64,000 nt of DNA, taken from the NCBI RefSeq assembly GCF_964204645.1, contig NC_134026.1:8145950-8209949 (forward strand), written 5' to 3'. Positions 49,568-63,464 of the stretch are shown here, in pieces (position 1 is the first letter of the stretch; the number at the start of each line of letters is the position of its first letter). The notes beneath the pieces were generated by a model that saw only the letters and a program-made list of their open reading frames with translations, made no database searches and had not been told where the DNA came from. This stretch comes from Tubulanus polymorphus. Taxonomy: Eukaryota > Animalia > Nemertea. The position numbers and the translations under genes were made by a program.

Positions 49568-50484
49568 AATTTTTGGAGTTACGGCGTTTGCAATTGCCTC
49601 AGCATTCTGAAAAATAAAAGAGTAAATTGCTGTAAACTTGTGTCTACTGTAATCGATTTTGAAAAAATCCTCAATTTAATAAAAATGCAAAACCTTATCT
49701 TTAATACCCTAAAATCCCCTGCTTTTGGTTCAACAGGTGGCGTCGAAATGAGAAAACTGTTCCGTTCTTCATTTAAGGCACTTTCTGAAATTCATACAAA
49801 TAAATTAAAGATTAAAGCATAGAACGATAATACTTGCTGGTTTAAGGATGTTCGTGGTTACTCTTCCATGCGCCACGTGTTGCTTTCGTAACGCTGCTGA
49901 ATAAGGACAATATTGCAGGCCTGTGCCGAGCCTTTTTGAGCGGCAGTTCTATTTAAAAAGGGCACCTTTTCACCGTATATATATGAAGTGCATATATCAA
50001 TATGTAGTGCCCGGGTACCTGAATAAATCATTTGAGAAGAAATTACTTTTCATTTTCCAAAAGCATGAAAATTGAATCCAAATTTCGAAAAATCTTGACA
50101 ATTTTTTGGCGCTAACTTTTTTTGAAGGGCACTACTTTTAGGGAATTTTTTGGGAGTTCGTTCGCTGGCCCCGAACGCCCGTCCCCTTCGGCACGGCTTG
50201 AGGTGATGGAATTCCGAACTAGTTAAATATGTAATATGTAAATAATTAATTTTGGAAATTTAAACCAGGGACATTGGGACTTCTAATAAGCCTTAAAATC
50301 TTGTTACTAATCACCACGCCTAATTGTGATGTACCGCTATGCAACCTAAAGGTTCTGCCTAGGTTGCAAACCATTACTTCACAATTAGGGGTGGTGATTA
50401 GGCGTTGCATAGTTTACATTTCAATCGAAAATCCGTGGGTATCATGATGAATCAATTGCAGATCACAATATCCGTGATAAAACG

Positions 50485-50695
50485 ATACGAGTAAAATCCC
50501 ATCCCACAATGAATGAATTTAGTGATAAAATGTTTATTAAAACATATAAGAAATATTTCGAAGAAGGGTGGTAGAAACCACCCTTCTTCAGTCTAAAATG
50601 ACTGAAGAAGAGTGGTAGTAACCACCAAATATTTCTTATATGTTTCAATAAACATTTTATCACTTAATTCATTCATTGTGGGATTTTACTCGTAT
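50485..50695. mobile_element. Palindromic MITE nested in the MULE
   Basis: ATACGAGTAAAATCCCA...CACAATGAATGAAT arm mirrored by ATTCATTCATTGTGGGATTTTACTCGTAT. Confidence 0.65.
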
Positions 50696-51818
50696 AGTTT
50701 ACATTTCAATTCAATCAACACAAATCTTTTGTTTTTGAAATATATATAGATAAGTTTATTCATGCAATAATGAGAATAAGTACTAACGGTAATCTTACAA
50801 AATAAAAAAAGGCAATAACAACGTCATTACAAAATAAAGACCTCCGATTGAGATATTCCAGCGGCCGCAATTTGTGCGGCCGCGGCCGGGGCCGCGACTG
50901 TATTTCATACCAGCGGCCGCGGCCGCGACCGCGGCCGGCTTTCATACCCTACCATTTTCAGGAACGAATCAGGGTAGACTGGTTGCCGGTCTCTACCTCA
51001 CTTAAGACCTATTTGCGTGCGATCGGTCTGTATAAATCGTTTCGTGGCGTTTTTTACCAAACTGATCCTTTGTAAATCGATTTTTAAATGATGAAAAAAG
51101 AAAAATTGAATTGGCTCATTTTATAGATCGGGCTCAAGACCCTGAGATCACAGCTGGTCGGCACCTCACTAGGAGATGGCAGGTCCAATTTACTAAAATG
51201 AAAATCATTGCGAATCCCTGACTGAACTGGCGTAAACTAAGGTAATGGTAGAATGTCTAATATTATTGCGGCATGTCCGCTTCATACATATTCCGAAAAG
51301 GACATATATATTCTGACAATGATAATGATGATAATTCAGTATAACTCGGACTTTTCAATCCGGCAATTTCATTTAATTCGGATGTCCATTTAACCTGGAA
51401 CCACGTAAACTATCTGAAATCTTGGCAGTTCCTATAGTCATTCAATTAAGTAAGTCCAATGAGTAAGAATTCCTAGTATAACCATTCATGTTTTAACTTA
51501 AAACATCTGGATGGTAGATTAACTTTATACTTAATTCGGATGACTCGGGACTGCCATTTATTGATGATCATAAGATGTATCGATTTAGATACAAGTTTAA
51601 GTTTTTATGTCAAGTTCATTTATTTCATAAAAAAGAACATGTACAACATAATGACATTTACAATTACAGGTTTGAGAAAAGTTAGATTTTTCCTCCGTTA
51701 GACAAGTACAAAAAATCATAATTTTGGCCAATTCCATTTCTTTGCTTCAATTTTACAACAAAAGATACACGATTAAATCTACACTGCAAATATTGGCTAA
51801 TTAGTATCCAAAAGGGAA

Positions 51819-54800
51819 TCACGAGGTTAAAATGCCTTGTTGTTTTATAGGCCTACACCGCCGTGTCAGTTGATCGATTCTTTCCCCGAACATCACAGAT
51901 AAAGGTTGTAGAAATGACAATACGACGCCAACTATCATAAATAGCGATGGCTAAAATTCGAAATAAAAATTTCAAATACATGTATATATTTTATAGATGT
52001 TTATACACATTTAAAACAATTTAACTACATTAACGGGACTTTCTTGCACCTTCCCTAAATTTCTAGGGTTATATATGCGATAAGTTGGATCGGTGATAAA
52101 TTGGGGCACTATGCGTCGATGGAGATGTGCCTTCACAGTTTAATTCAGGCATGGCATGTTTCTAATCAGCAGTACCGTGTAACATTTCATAGAAATAAAG
52201 TGGGACGGGTATATACTTACTGGTAGGTAATCAATAGGTGGTCCTTCTCCCCATTTGAACAATGGATACTGAAGCATTCCTATGATCCCACCATTTACAA
52301 TCCTCAAAGTTCCGTACAATCGACCAAAATGTTCCACTGGGAATCTACGGTTATTAGCATCAGAAATGAAAAGATGAAACTCCTATCAGCTGCGATCATC
52401 CGAGCGTTTATGCCCCGGGCCGTTCACCGTTCACACGGGGTCCGAATTTGGCCCCACCAAAAACGTCGGACCAGGCCCGAGCCAAATTTTAGCAGGGGGC
52501 AAAATGATTGCGTTTGAATTACTACTGGTTCCAGGTGTGACTGACCGCATTTCTAGCACGGGTGACGTCACATTTGCGTACGTGAATTTCTACTGACTCC
52601 ACCCGGAAGTGACTAGCTTCGCTTTGCCACTGCATTATTATGTATCGAGTGAGTGGTTTGCGTGTGGACGCGCTCTGTAATTAGGCACGGGCCAAATTTG
52701 ACTTTGATGTGATCCGGCCCAGCAGGGCCAAATCGTCTCCGTGTTATTTCAGCTATCTAATAACTTCATAACTAACCAGTACTTACGCCATGAATAGGAA
52801 CGCTCCACCCAGACCGTAGAGAAACGCTCTGAATACAACGATAGAGATGAACTGTACGTAAAGTAGACCTTCAACAGGAATCAAAACTAGTACCGACAGT
52901 AACAAACAAACAAAACTACAGAACGCCTGAGGTAATGCAGCTGGTCTTATCTGATCATAATAATTCGGATTATCACCTGTAAAATTGTAATAGAAATAAA
53001 AACAAGACAATTTTCATTCAAATATTGTGAATTATGTATCAATATCGAAATGCAAGATGTGTACAATGTTGGTATGCGCCAGCAGAGGTAACAAGAAAAT
53101 TAACTTTAATAAATTATTTGACGCCTGCGAAAAAATGTAGAATTTCTGGGAGAAGCTAATGTGGAATTGCAAATTTGAAATCGAAGTTTTAAGAAATTTG
53201 GGGAATTATGAGATTTGGCGATTGGGTAGATGATACAGTCTTCAACTGGTCTAATTTTAAAAAAATTGTCAACTTGTGGCCGACTTCGATTCACTTTTGC
53301 CTCTAAGCTGGTTTGCAACCTCATTACCTCCATGGTTGAAGAAAGAGTTCTTTGGATGTTTGCTTCATCATGACGTTGAGCATATCGTGTAGCCAGCCGG
53401 CCCGGTCCTGGGGCCCGGTTTGGCTGTCACTCGATATCCTAGACTTGAGTCTGGGTTGAAGTAGACATTGTCATTTAAAGAACTTATTCATGTTGTTCTG
53501 TATGAATTAACCGTGTGTCTTGTATTTTGTATTTTCTTATTTTAAGATTTGTAAGTTTTTTAAATTTTATCCCGGAATTTCAATGTAATAATGATCAATA
53601 AAGTATTGAATTGAATTGTCACCTTATACACATGCCATCAATGGACGCGGAGCCGTATATGACAGCTATGCTATTATAAATTGCTAATCTCATGAAACTT
53701 GCATACCCCTTGTATCGAACATATTTTCTAAAACATTTGAATATTGAAATTATATGTTAACACGTTTTTATATAGACCGCTTGTAGCCGCCGATGAAATT
53801 CACGCCGGCCCTACTCAGATCGTAGATAGCTTCGTCATTCCACTAGCATCCCCATGTCAGGGTCTGACTTTTATATCAGACTTCCAAATCGTGTATACAT
53901 CCGCCATTTAACCGAATAATCCGATTTACTTATCATTTCTATTTATGCCTGCCGCTCCTGATATAATCATACATCCTTTACTATTACAATACGTCTTCTC
54001 ATGATATTCAATGCAATATAACATTTCGACGTTCAAATAGACGTCATTATATAATCAAAGGGAGCCATTCTACATCTTTATCAATAATATTTTGCCAAAT
54101 AGCTTGTATGTGTACACATAAACCTGTGACGTTTTGCACATCGATTTACGGTTGTCGTTTGTAAAATGACGCTGAATGGTTAACATTGTTTAGGTTTCAT
54201 AATGGTAACGTTTTATAAGGCGTCAAAAAATGCCAGCGGTGTAAAAAAGGTTACACGTCACGAGTCCGACGGTTCACGAATTTTGAATTACGTATCAACA
54301 TCAAAACGACTTTCTTATTCAATAAAACATGAAGCAGCACTTGGGAAAAAGAAATGCAAGATGTGTACAATGTCTGTATGCGCCAGCAGAATAAAAATGC
54401 CAGGGGTGTAAAAACACCAGAGGAAAAATGCCAAAAGGAGATTGTTGCGTTTTTTTCAGTACGGACATAAGTGTTCAAACTGAAATCAAACAAGTGATTC
54501 CCAGAAACTTTTGATTCGATTTATCATAAAAAACTTGGGTGTCAAATCGTCTCCTAAACTATTCATTTCATTGTTGATTTGATATTATTTTAGATTACAG
54601 GAAATTTATTGATCGCAACAATGCATCAATTTTTCTAATTTACAATAATCTAGAAATATGTTGTATCTAAATGTCATCTAGTGTGAATAAGAGGAAACAG
54701 GTAAATAATCCCCCAGTAAAAATCCCACAAGATCTATGTACCTGTATTCCTAAATATTGTTCTGAAAAATGTCATGCTCTAATTTTCACCTAAGATTTGT

Positions 54801-57676
54801 ATTCTAATTTGATTGAAAACTGAACTTTGGGGGGATTTTTGCTAGAAGAAGTTTTTTCTCGGGATTCCAGTAGGATTTTTACGGGGAAAATATCCCCAAT
54901 TCTTCAAAGTGGGTAAAAATCCCCCACTTTTAACTTGCATGTATATACAACCTAAGGATTTGGGGATCTTTTACTCAGGGGATGTGTACTCGGTAGATCT
55001 TTGCTTATAACCGAGAGGGATTTTTACCTGCATTCTAAATAAGACTATCGTGTTCAATGTTAATACATTCTCATGTTTTAATTGTCTATTTGTCTTTTAT
55101 GAATTACGGATTCACAATATTTCAACTGTGCATGCAGTATGTGAATGTCATGTTTAATGTTTACAAATTCTCATGTTACAGTAATCTCTGCATATTTCCT
55201 TCTGGTATTTTTGCCTGATTTTTCCTCTGGCATTGTTACCTGTGTTCTATATTGCCAGGTACTTGGTGGCCGATTCAAACAGATCACTGTACATGATAAG
55301 ATCATAGAAGACAATTATGGCAAGCTTTACATACATGTATATAGAAAATAGACTTAAATACATACGGTGAAGACGTTTCTTCTCCAAGTGCAAAAATAGT
55401 CCTTCCAATGGTCCAAGAAATATGCCGCCAAGCAGAATATAGGAAAATATATTCGTGAAAAAACTCACTGTAAAACATCAAACACATAGTATAACTGTTA
55501 TTACTGGGTATTTTGCGGTTTTGCGTATCAATTAGGCCTACCTTTATCAACATCGTTTTTAGTGAAGCGGGTGAGCATTGGGTTTAAAGTGCCCATATAA
55601 TAGAAGAATTGTAGTTGAATTATAGCCTCCCACATCAATTCTAATAGATAGACTCTACTGAACAAATAATATGTCAAAGCTTTCACCTTACGTTCATCAA
55701 CTGTAAAATGAAACCGGTGTTAAATGAGTTGTGGGCTGATAATATGAAATCCTAATATGCAGTACTTTCAGCAATGCAGTCTAACCTTTCGGTTCGTAAG
55801 AAGTTTGTATTTCGTTCGTTTGGTTACTCGCATCTTCGACTGAAACTGTACCAGCTATATATCCTACTTTGGGGTCTGCGTCGTCGTTCGAACGATTCTT
55901 ATCACTTCCTCGCTGATGATCTTTCGGGAAAACTTTGAACTTAGGAAGCAGGGCGAATGTGCTTATCGACACCATCACCACACTCAATACGCACAGAACA
56001 ATGAAATAGTGTAATCGTTTCACACCTTTGCCGTGCAAATGCTGCAAGAATGATTCCACTTGATAATCACAACATAAACTGACATTACAAAATCTTGAAT
56101 AAACTACTCAAGGAATCATTTTCGGACTTAAATTTTCGTTATTATTGTGGGATTCTCTTTATATCATCGTCTCAACGCAGATAAAGTGTGCTATTAATGG
56201 CGATTAAGGTAAGCTCGCTATCCGAGCAGTAAGCCTTTTTAATTACTTGTCTCCTATCATTTGAATAAAATTCATCACAATTTTCACTCCTTTTTTCTGA
56301 AGTCCTTCTGGGATGGAAAATGCTCAAATAATAAGAAAAAAATGTATTTTCCTTTTCATTTTTTCTCTTCGCCCTCCCAACGTTTTGTTGAAAAAATACC
56401 CCGCTCTCCAACTAATTAGAAAAGGCCTCAGCAAAATGAAAGGGATGCGGTTCTGTGGCATCCTAGGAACTTAAGGTTGTGTGATTAATCGGCAAGAAAT
56501 TAACTTATTGATTACCTTCATAATTAACATTACAAAACTGGAAATGTCAAACGAAGAATTGTATAACGTAACAACCGTTAAACGAGCTGTATCAAAATAA
56601 TTGCCAATCTAAAAAGAAAATTACAATTTTTTCTTTAAACAAAACACAATTATATCACTATCAAAAATATTCAAAAGCGTGCTGTTGTTCAAATGAAATT
56701 ATGATTTGTACCATGACGTACCTGCATATTAGTTGCAAGCAAGCCTATGCCTCCGATACCAATACCAGCTAACCCAGGAAATACGAGGACAGGAACATCT
56801 GTATGCACAAATTTTCCGATCATTGAGCAGGTTGCCGAAATATCAGGACCGTATCACTGCTTCTGGGCCCAATCCCTGCCTTGTCAAGCGAAAATATTGA
56901 TTCAAGAAAACGGATTTTTTTGCTCAATTTACATAGTTGAAATAAAATTGGGGGTTGCAAAACTGTAACCCCTGTTACAAACCTAGAAAGTCTAAATCAA
57001 AAGTTATTGTAATTTACGTACCCGGACTTGCAAAACCCAACATTAAACAGCCACTGGCATATGTAATGCTGAAAGGAAAATTTAAAAAATCATTATGCAC
57101 TACGGTGGCTGATTCGGGCTATACTAAAATATTTTCTGTATGGCTAAACGAACGATGAAAATATGCGGTCAATTTTCTTTTGTTTTCTCGCTCTATCCGA
57201 ATAATGCCTCTTCTCTTCTGGAACCCGGCCTTCCAAATTTCCTAGATCCGTTCATGAAACAGCATATGAATACGTTTGAATACGTTATCAACTTACATGA
57301 TAATAATTCGCGTTACTCTGGTTCCATATTTATCTAACAACCAACCAATAACTGCAGCAGAACAACTTAGAGCTGCTACGCCTATCGAAAACACTAACAT
57401 TAGCATGTCATTCTGTTGGAGGCACGTCGGATAGGCTACACTCGCATTGTTGTCATCTTTAGTCACAATCTCTGCAAATGATTCCGAATCACTCGCCGTA
57501 TCGCTACCGTTTTTTAGACCGATGTTGCACAAATGGCTATAGACTCCGTCTTGCTTAAGGACAAAAACTAATGGCACCCAGCCGAATATGCTGCCAGCAA
57601 ATATTAAACATTCGAACCATCCAAATAGAAACGAAACCAAGTTCCTTAGACGTTCATTACGGTGATAATTCTCCAT
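51819..57676 (-). CDS. SLC43-family MFS transporter (SLC43A3/LAT3-like), 10 exons: 57676-57297, 57068-57022, 56798-56722, 56608-56516, 56041-55786, 55700-55542, 55467-55366, 52976-52787, 52344-52221, 51950-51819
   Basis: ECLIFAGSIFGWVPLVFVLKQDGVYSHLC, CLQQNDMLMLVFSIG, GWLLDKYGTR, TNMQIGNYF, SSFDISS, VVFRAFLYG and FPVEHFGRLYG are SLC43 signatures; phases are consistent. Confidence 0.9.
54698..55030. mobile_element. MITE-like element with AAAATCCCC/GGGGATTTT internal repeats
   Basis: CAGGTAAATAATCCC...GGGATTTTTACCTG termini. Confidence 0.5.
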
Positions 57677-57846
57677 GCTCACGCTTAGATTGTGCGTGTG
57701 ATATTACTTTGAATGCGTTTTGAGCATATAGATATTACGCACAGCAGAAATCGCTTCTTGTCGAATTCAATGGGGACATTGATTTTTTTACGAGATTAGC
57801 CGAAATTTGACCTAATATATATGATATATACCCGGTCTGCAGAACA

Positions 57847-59215
57847 ATGTGTGGCTTAAACTTAAGCGTACTCATTTACGCCGATAATACGGTCCTATTC
57901 GCCGATAGTCCACAAGGACTTCAGCATTTAATTGATAACCTGTATGCCTACTGTAAAAAATGGAAATTATGTATTAATTGTGATAAGACGAAAGTGATGA
58001 TTTTTTCTAAACGACGGTTACGGATCTTACCTGATTTCTTTATAAACGGCCAGAAACTGGAAATAGTTGATAGTTATAAACACCTGGGTATAATTTTTTC
58101 TTATACAGGATCCTTTGTTCAATGTCGTAAAACTCTAGCGGAGCAAGCAAGGAAATCGTTATTTTTTGTACTAAAGAAGGCCAGCGAGCACTCCCTACTT
58201 AGATATAACTTTAAAACTTTTCGATAGCATGGTATTACCAATTTTATTGTTTGGCTGCGAAATTTGGGGTTTTGAAAACCCCCAGGTACTTGAAGGAGTC
58301 CAGTTATCTTTTTTCAGTACATACTTAGAGTAAAGCGATCCACCCCTAGTATTTTCATCGATGGTGAACTGGGACGCCACCCCTTGGATATTTTTGTTAA
58401 AATCAGAATGGTGAAATTCTGGGCCAAATTAGTCAATGAAACAAACAATATTTCTTCGTTAATATATAAACATGGTTATTACATGCACATCAATGGACAA
58501 TCTAATAATGGATTTGTCATGTTAAGAATATCCTTGTGAGAAATGGCCTCGGTTACTTCTGGGAGAACCAGGCAGTCCCTGACATCAACCACCTAACTGC
58601 TCTTTGCGACAAAGACTGACTGACCAGTATACCCAAGACTGGCACGCGAAAATCAATGAATCACCAATTGCTGCATCTTACAGAAAATTTAAACATCAAG
58701 CCGGTTTCAAATTTGAAGATTATTTAACTTCCATCCCTTTAAACATCCGTGTAGAGATGTGCCGTTTCAGATGCTCCAATCATAGGTTATCTATAGAGGA
58801 GGGTAGATATCGCCATATTGAGCGAAATGAAAGAATATGCACTAAGTGTAATATGGGAGTGGTTGGTGACGAATTTCATTTTCTTTTAGTGTGTCCATTT
58901 TCACAAAATTTAAGAACTGAATTCATCCCTAGATATTTCTGGCGCTCCCCACACCAAAGCCAACTCCAAAATCTGTTCAACTTATCTGGATCACTCCTTC
59001 TCAATTTGGCGATATATATCAAAAAAGGTTTGCAATTATTCTATTAATATCTGTCATGTTCGCCGTATTGTTATTATGTGTATATACGTGTATTGTAATT
59101 TTTCTAATTTTTCTCTTTTGCTTTTTCTTTTCTATAAATATATTGTATTGTATGTTTAACTCTGTGCAATGAGTTAATTGTGGAGCAATAGACTTAACTT
59201 AACTTAACTTAACTT
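57847..59215 (+). mobile_element. 5'-truncated, frameshifted LINE (RTE-X/CR1-group-like ORF2) with (ACTTA)n tail
   Basis: LIYADNTVLFA (YADD variant), INCDKTKVMIF, YKHLGI; C-terminal RFRCSNHRLSIEEGRY...CTKC...GDEFHFLLVC; frameshifts between ORF pieces; ACTTA tail at 59192-59215. Confidence 0.85.
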
Positions 59216-59365
59216 GAACCTGACCTCGCGTGTATTGTGATGTATGTATATCGTAAATTAAGTGTACAAAGTGTCATAACAGAACAAGTCATTTTATTAT
59301 CAACGGATGAATGATGAATCGTGATTGTGACGCGTGATCAGTGATTGACAAATCGGATTTTACTT

Positions 59366-61131
59366 AATAAAGAAGTTTCCAGTTTCTAGGCGCCATTTTG
59401 TAGCGGTCCCTCGAGGTCCCCATTGTTGCGATTATTTGCGCTCATTTTCAAAACATAAGTTTAGATTGAATATCATATAGTTCTGCAGTCCCTTGCTCGA
59501 TGAACTTAATTTATACACCATTTTAATGGAAATGAAATGCAAATATTTGATGGTGATTCTTGGATTTTTTGAACGCAGCAATTGAGAACAGTGACGATAT
59601 GAAACCAAGGACCGCATATCTTAACCGCGCGTAAAAGAAATCGCGATATTTATTAATTCTGAAATATCTAAGTATATCTTGAAGCTATATTTCCAATTTT
59701 CACATAGGTTAAAGAGGGTTATTTGCAGTTTAGGCCTGCTTTAAAATGTTTTGAATATCTTTCCTGAGGACTGATCTGTACCCGCTTGAGTTGAGATTAC
59801 GCGCAAAAGGGGTCTCCCACTGCGCACCGCCATTTCACCGAACATTGAGATTTGCGAAAAGAAATCGCAAAAATAAGATTTTATACTGGTTTGATATCAT
59901 TAATATTGCTTCTTATGGTTATATATTACCTTTATTTTCGTATGGTTAAAAATGGACTTTGAGTGCTTTGAGGAATTTGAGTTTTGTAGCGTTGGGAAAT
60001 TGAAGGATTTCTTGTAAGAGTGGGGACGTTCTGTGTTGGTTGCAAAGGTGGCCTAGTTGAGAGCCTAATTTGCTTTCCAACAGAATGTATCACTCATGGA
60101 TGGACACTAGAACAAAATCTAAGTTTTTATATAATTTTGAATATGCGGCGCAGCTTTAAGTAGCCCAACTGGACGTTGACCCCCTAAAACAGAATATCAA
60201 ATTGGGGACAGGAACCCCTTCAAATATAATATTGGAATTTTATATCAGTAAGGTTATCTGGTCGATGTTTTCCAGCAAGAAGGTTGAGATTCAGTAAATT
60301 CATCGTATGATCCCAGGATGAGGGATTACCAGAGGGAGAGAGATATGTGTTGAAATATGTCCTAAGCGTTTAAATTGACTGGCACATTTCACCATGGACT
60401 CTAAAACGTTTTGGGCCTATGATTTCACCGAACACAAAATCGGCGCTAGGCTGGACGGGCTGCATGCGACAATTCCCCAACTGGGCCTTTCAAACTTCAA
60501 AGCGGGACAAACCGGATCCCGAAACAGGCTAATCAAATTGCCCCCGCCAAAATACAGTACAAACAAGTTATGGATTATAATCTCAAAATATCCCCATGGA
60601 AAATGTGAAGAAATCAAATTGCATTTAAAGATTTCTTGTCGCAAATCTCAATGTTCAGTGAAATTGCAATGCGCAGTTGGAGACCCCTTTTGTGCGTGAT
60701 CTCAAACTCAAGCGGGTACAGATCAGTCGTCAGCAAAGATATTCAAAAGATTTTAACGCAGGCTTAAACTGCAAATAACCCTTTTCAACCTCTATAAAAA
60801 TAGAAAATACAGCTTCAAGAGATACTTAGATATTTCAAAATCAATAAGTATTGCGATTTCTTTTACGCGCCGTTAAGATATGCGGTCCATGGACTCACAT
60901 CGTCACTGTTCTCAATTGTTGCATTCAAAAATTTCAAGAATCGCCAACAAATATCTGCATTTCATTTCCTTTAAAATGGTGTATAAATTAAGTTCATCGA
61001 CCAAGGGACTGCAGAACTATGTGATATTCAATCCAAACTTATGTTTTAAAAATGAGCGCAAATTATCGCAACAATGGGGACCTCGAGGGACTGCCACAAA
61101 ATGGCGCATAGAAACTGGAAACTTCTTTATT
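59366..61131. mobile_element. Foldback-type non-autonomous DNA transposon with ~490-bp imperfect TIRs
   Basis: 59366-~59860 is the reverse complement of ~60630-61131 (AATAAAGAAGTTTCCAGTTTCTA...); mirrored ORFs 59432..59617(-) and 60880..61179(+). Confidence 0.85.
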
Positions 61132-62306
61132 TGGAGCAGAAATTTTGCCTGGCAGTCCCTAGTCATCCGAATTAAGTAAGTTCGATCTACTGTGTTTGGC
61201 ATTTCCTAATCTCCGAGGTATAACCATACATTCTACTGTTTTAACTTAAAAGATGTGCCATTTTTGATGATCAAGCTTAAGACGCATCGATAAAGATACA
61301 AGTTTTTATGTTCAAGTTCATTTATTTCACATTTTACAATTACAGGTTTGAGAAAAGTTATATTTTTGAGTAAGTTTAGATGATGAAAGAGCTCGAGCCT
61401 ATACGTATAGGAAAAAATGAGATTAGTAACGATGATAAGAAATAGTTAACAATTACCTGTTCATGTGGACTAGAATTCATTTTATCTATTCAAATAAATG
61501 TGACCAGGTTGACGATCATCACGGACGGTTATTAAGATGCAACAGCAGTTGTTTAAGAACTTCTATGAATGAATATAGAATTCTTCACTTACGACAGATA
61601 GATTAAGTTTACAGTTAATAGGAATAAACAATAATTACGAGACCTCGCACTCGGCAGCGCGTGCCATTTTGTCGAGATCGGGATCTGAATTGACAGGTCT
61701 GTTTAGCGCGGTGATATTTTGAGTGAATTCCCACGGGTCCTGACAATCCAATGAAAAATACACACGAATGAATGAGGTAATTTGACTTCTTTGTCTGAAT
61801 GAAGTTCAGTCGATGCCTAGTTCCGAAGGCGCCTTGATCAGAGTGGACTCCAGCGAAGTGGAAAACGAGATCTTCTAGTGTTCACGGTCAGACGCGCACG
61901 GTATGATTTTTTCCTCCGTTAGACCAGTACAGAAAATTATGATTTTGGTCAATACCATTTCTTTGCTTCAATTTACATAAGATACATGATTGAATCTATA
62001 CTGTAAATATTGACTTAGTATACAAAAGGGAACCTGGAACCACGTAAACTATCTGAAATCTTGGCAGTTCCTATAGTCATCCAATTAAGTAAGTCCAATG
62101 AGTAAGAATTCCTAGTATAACCATTCATGTTTCAACTTAAAACATGTGGATGGTATTAAGGTTTGAGAAAAGTTAGATTTTTCCTCCGTTAGACAAGTAC
62201 ACAAAATCATAATTTTGGCCAATTCCATTTCTTTGCTTTAATTTTACAAAAGATACACGATTAAATCTACACTGCAAATATTGGCTAGTTAGTATACAAA
62301 ATGGAA

Positions 62307-63464
62307 TCACGAGGTTGAAATGTGTTGTTGTTTTATAGGCCTACACCGCCGTGTCAGTTGATCGATTCTTTCCCCGAACATCACAGATAAAGGTTGTAGA
62401 AATGACAATACGACGCCAACTATCATAAATAGCGATGGCTAAAATTCGAAATAAAAATTTCAAATACATGTATATATTTTATAGATGTTTATACACATTT
62501 AAAACAATTTAACTACATTAACGGGACTTTCTTGCACCTTCCCTAAATTTCTAGGGTTATATATGCGATAAGTTGGATCGGTGATAAATTGGGGCACTAT
62601 AAGTCGATGGAGATGTGCCTTCACAGTTTAATTCAGGCATGGCATGTTTCTAATCAGCAGTACCGTGTAACATTTCATAGAAATTAAGTGGGACGGGTAT
62701 ATACTTACTGGTAGGTAATTAATAGGTGGTCCTTCTCCCCATTTAAACAAAGGATACTGAAGCATTCCTATGATCCCACCATTTACAATCCTCAAAGTTC
62801 CGTACAATCGACCAAAATGTTCCACTGGGAATCTACGGTTATTAGCATCAGAAATGAAAAGATGAAACTCCTATCAGCTGCGATCATCCGAGCGTTTATG
62901 CCCCGGGCCGTTCACCGTTCACACGGGGTCCGAATTTGGCCCCACCAAAAACGTCGGACCAGGCCCGAGCCAAATTTTAGCAGGGGGCAAAATGATTGCG
63001 TTTGAATTACTACTGGTTCCAGGTGTGACTGACCGCATTTCTAGCACGGGTGACGTCACATTTGCGTACGTGAATTTCTACTGACTCCACCCGGAAGTGA
63101 CTAGCTTCGCTTTGCCACTGCATTATTATGTATCGAGTGAGTGGTTTGCGTGTGGACGCGCTCTGTAATTAGGCACGGGCCAAATTTGACTTTGATGTGA
63201 TCCGGTCCAGCAGGGCCAAATCGTCTCCGTGTTATTTCAGCTATCTAATAACTTCATAACTAACCAGTACTTACGCCATGAATAGGAACGCTCCACCCAG
63301 ACCGTAGAGAAACGCTCTGAATACAACGATAGAGATGAACTGTACGTAAAGTAGACCTTCAACAGGAATCAAAACTAGTACCGACAGTAACAAACAAACA
63401 AAACTACAGAACGCCTGAGGTAATGCAGCTGGTCTTATCTGATCATAATAATTCGGATTATCAC
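62307..63464 (-). CDS. Second SLC43-family paralog, last three exons (63464-63275, 62832-62709, 62438-62307); gene continues beyond the window
   Basis: Near-identical to 51819-52976 at an offset of 10488 bp; few substitutions (PPIN vs PPID; C-terminus QQHISTS vs QQGILTS). Confidence 0.88.

Larger units (their letters stand above)
48855..50953. mobile_element. Non-autonomous Mutator-like (MULE) DNA transposon, ~115-bp GC-rich TIRs, 9-bp TSD
   Basis: TIRs begin GGTAGGGTATGAAAGCCGGCCGCGG; perfect TSD ATTTTCAGG at 48846-48854 and 50954-50962. Confidence 0.88.

Noticed and set aside
53106-53333. 75-aa ORF duplicated at 63594..63821
   Set aside because: Intronic; identical only because of the recent duplication, and the SLC43 exons splice in phase without it.
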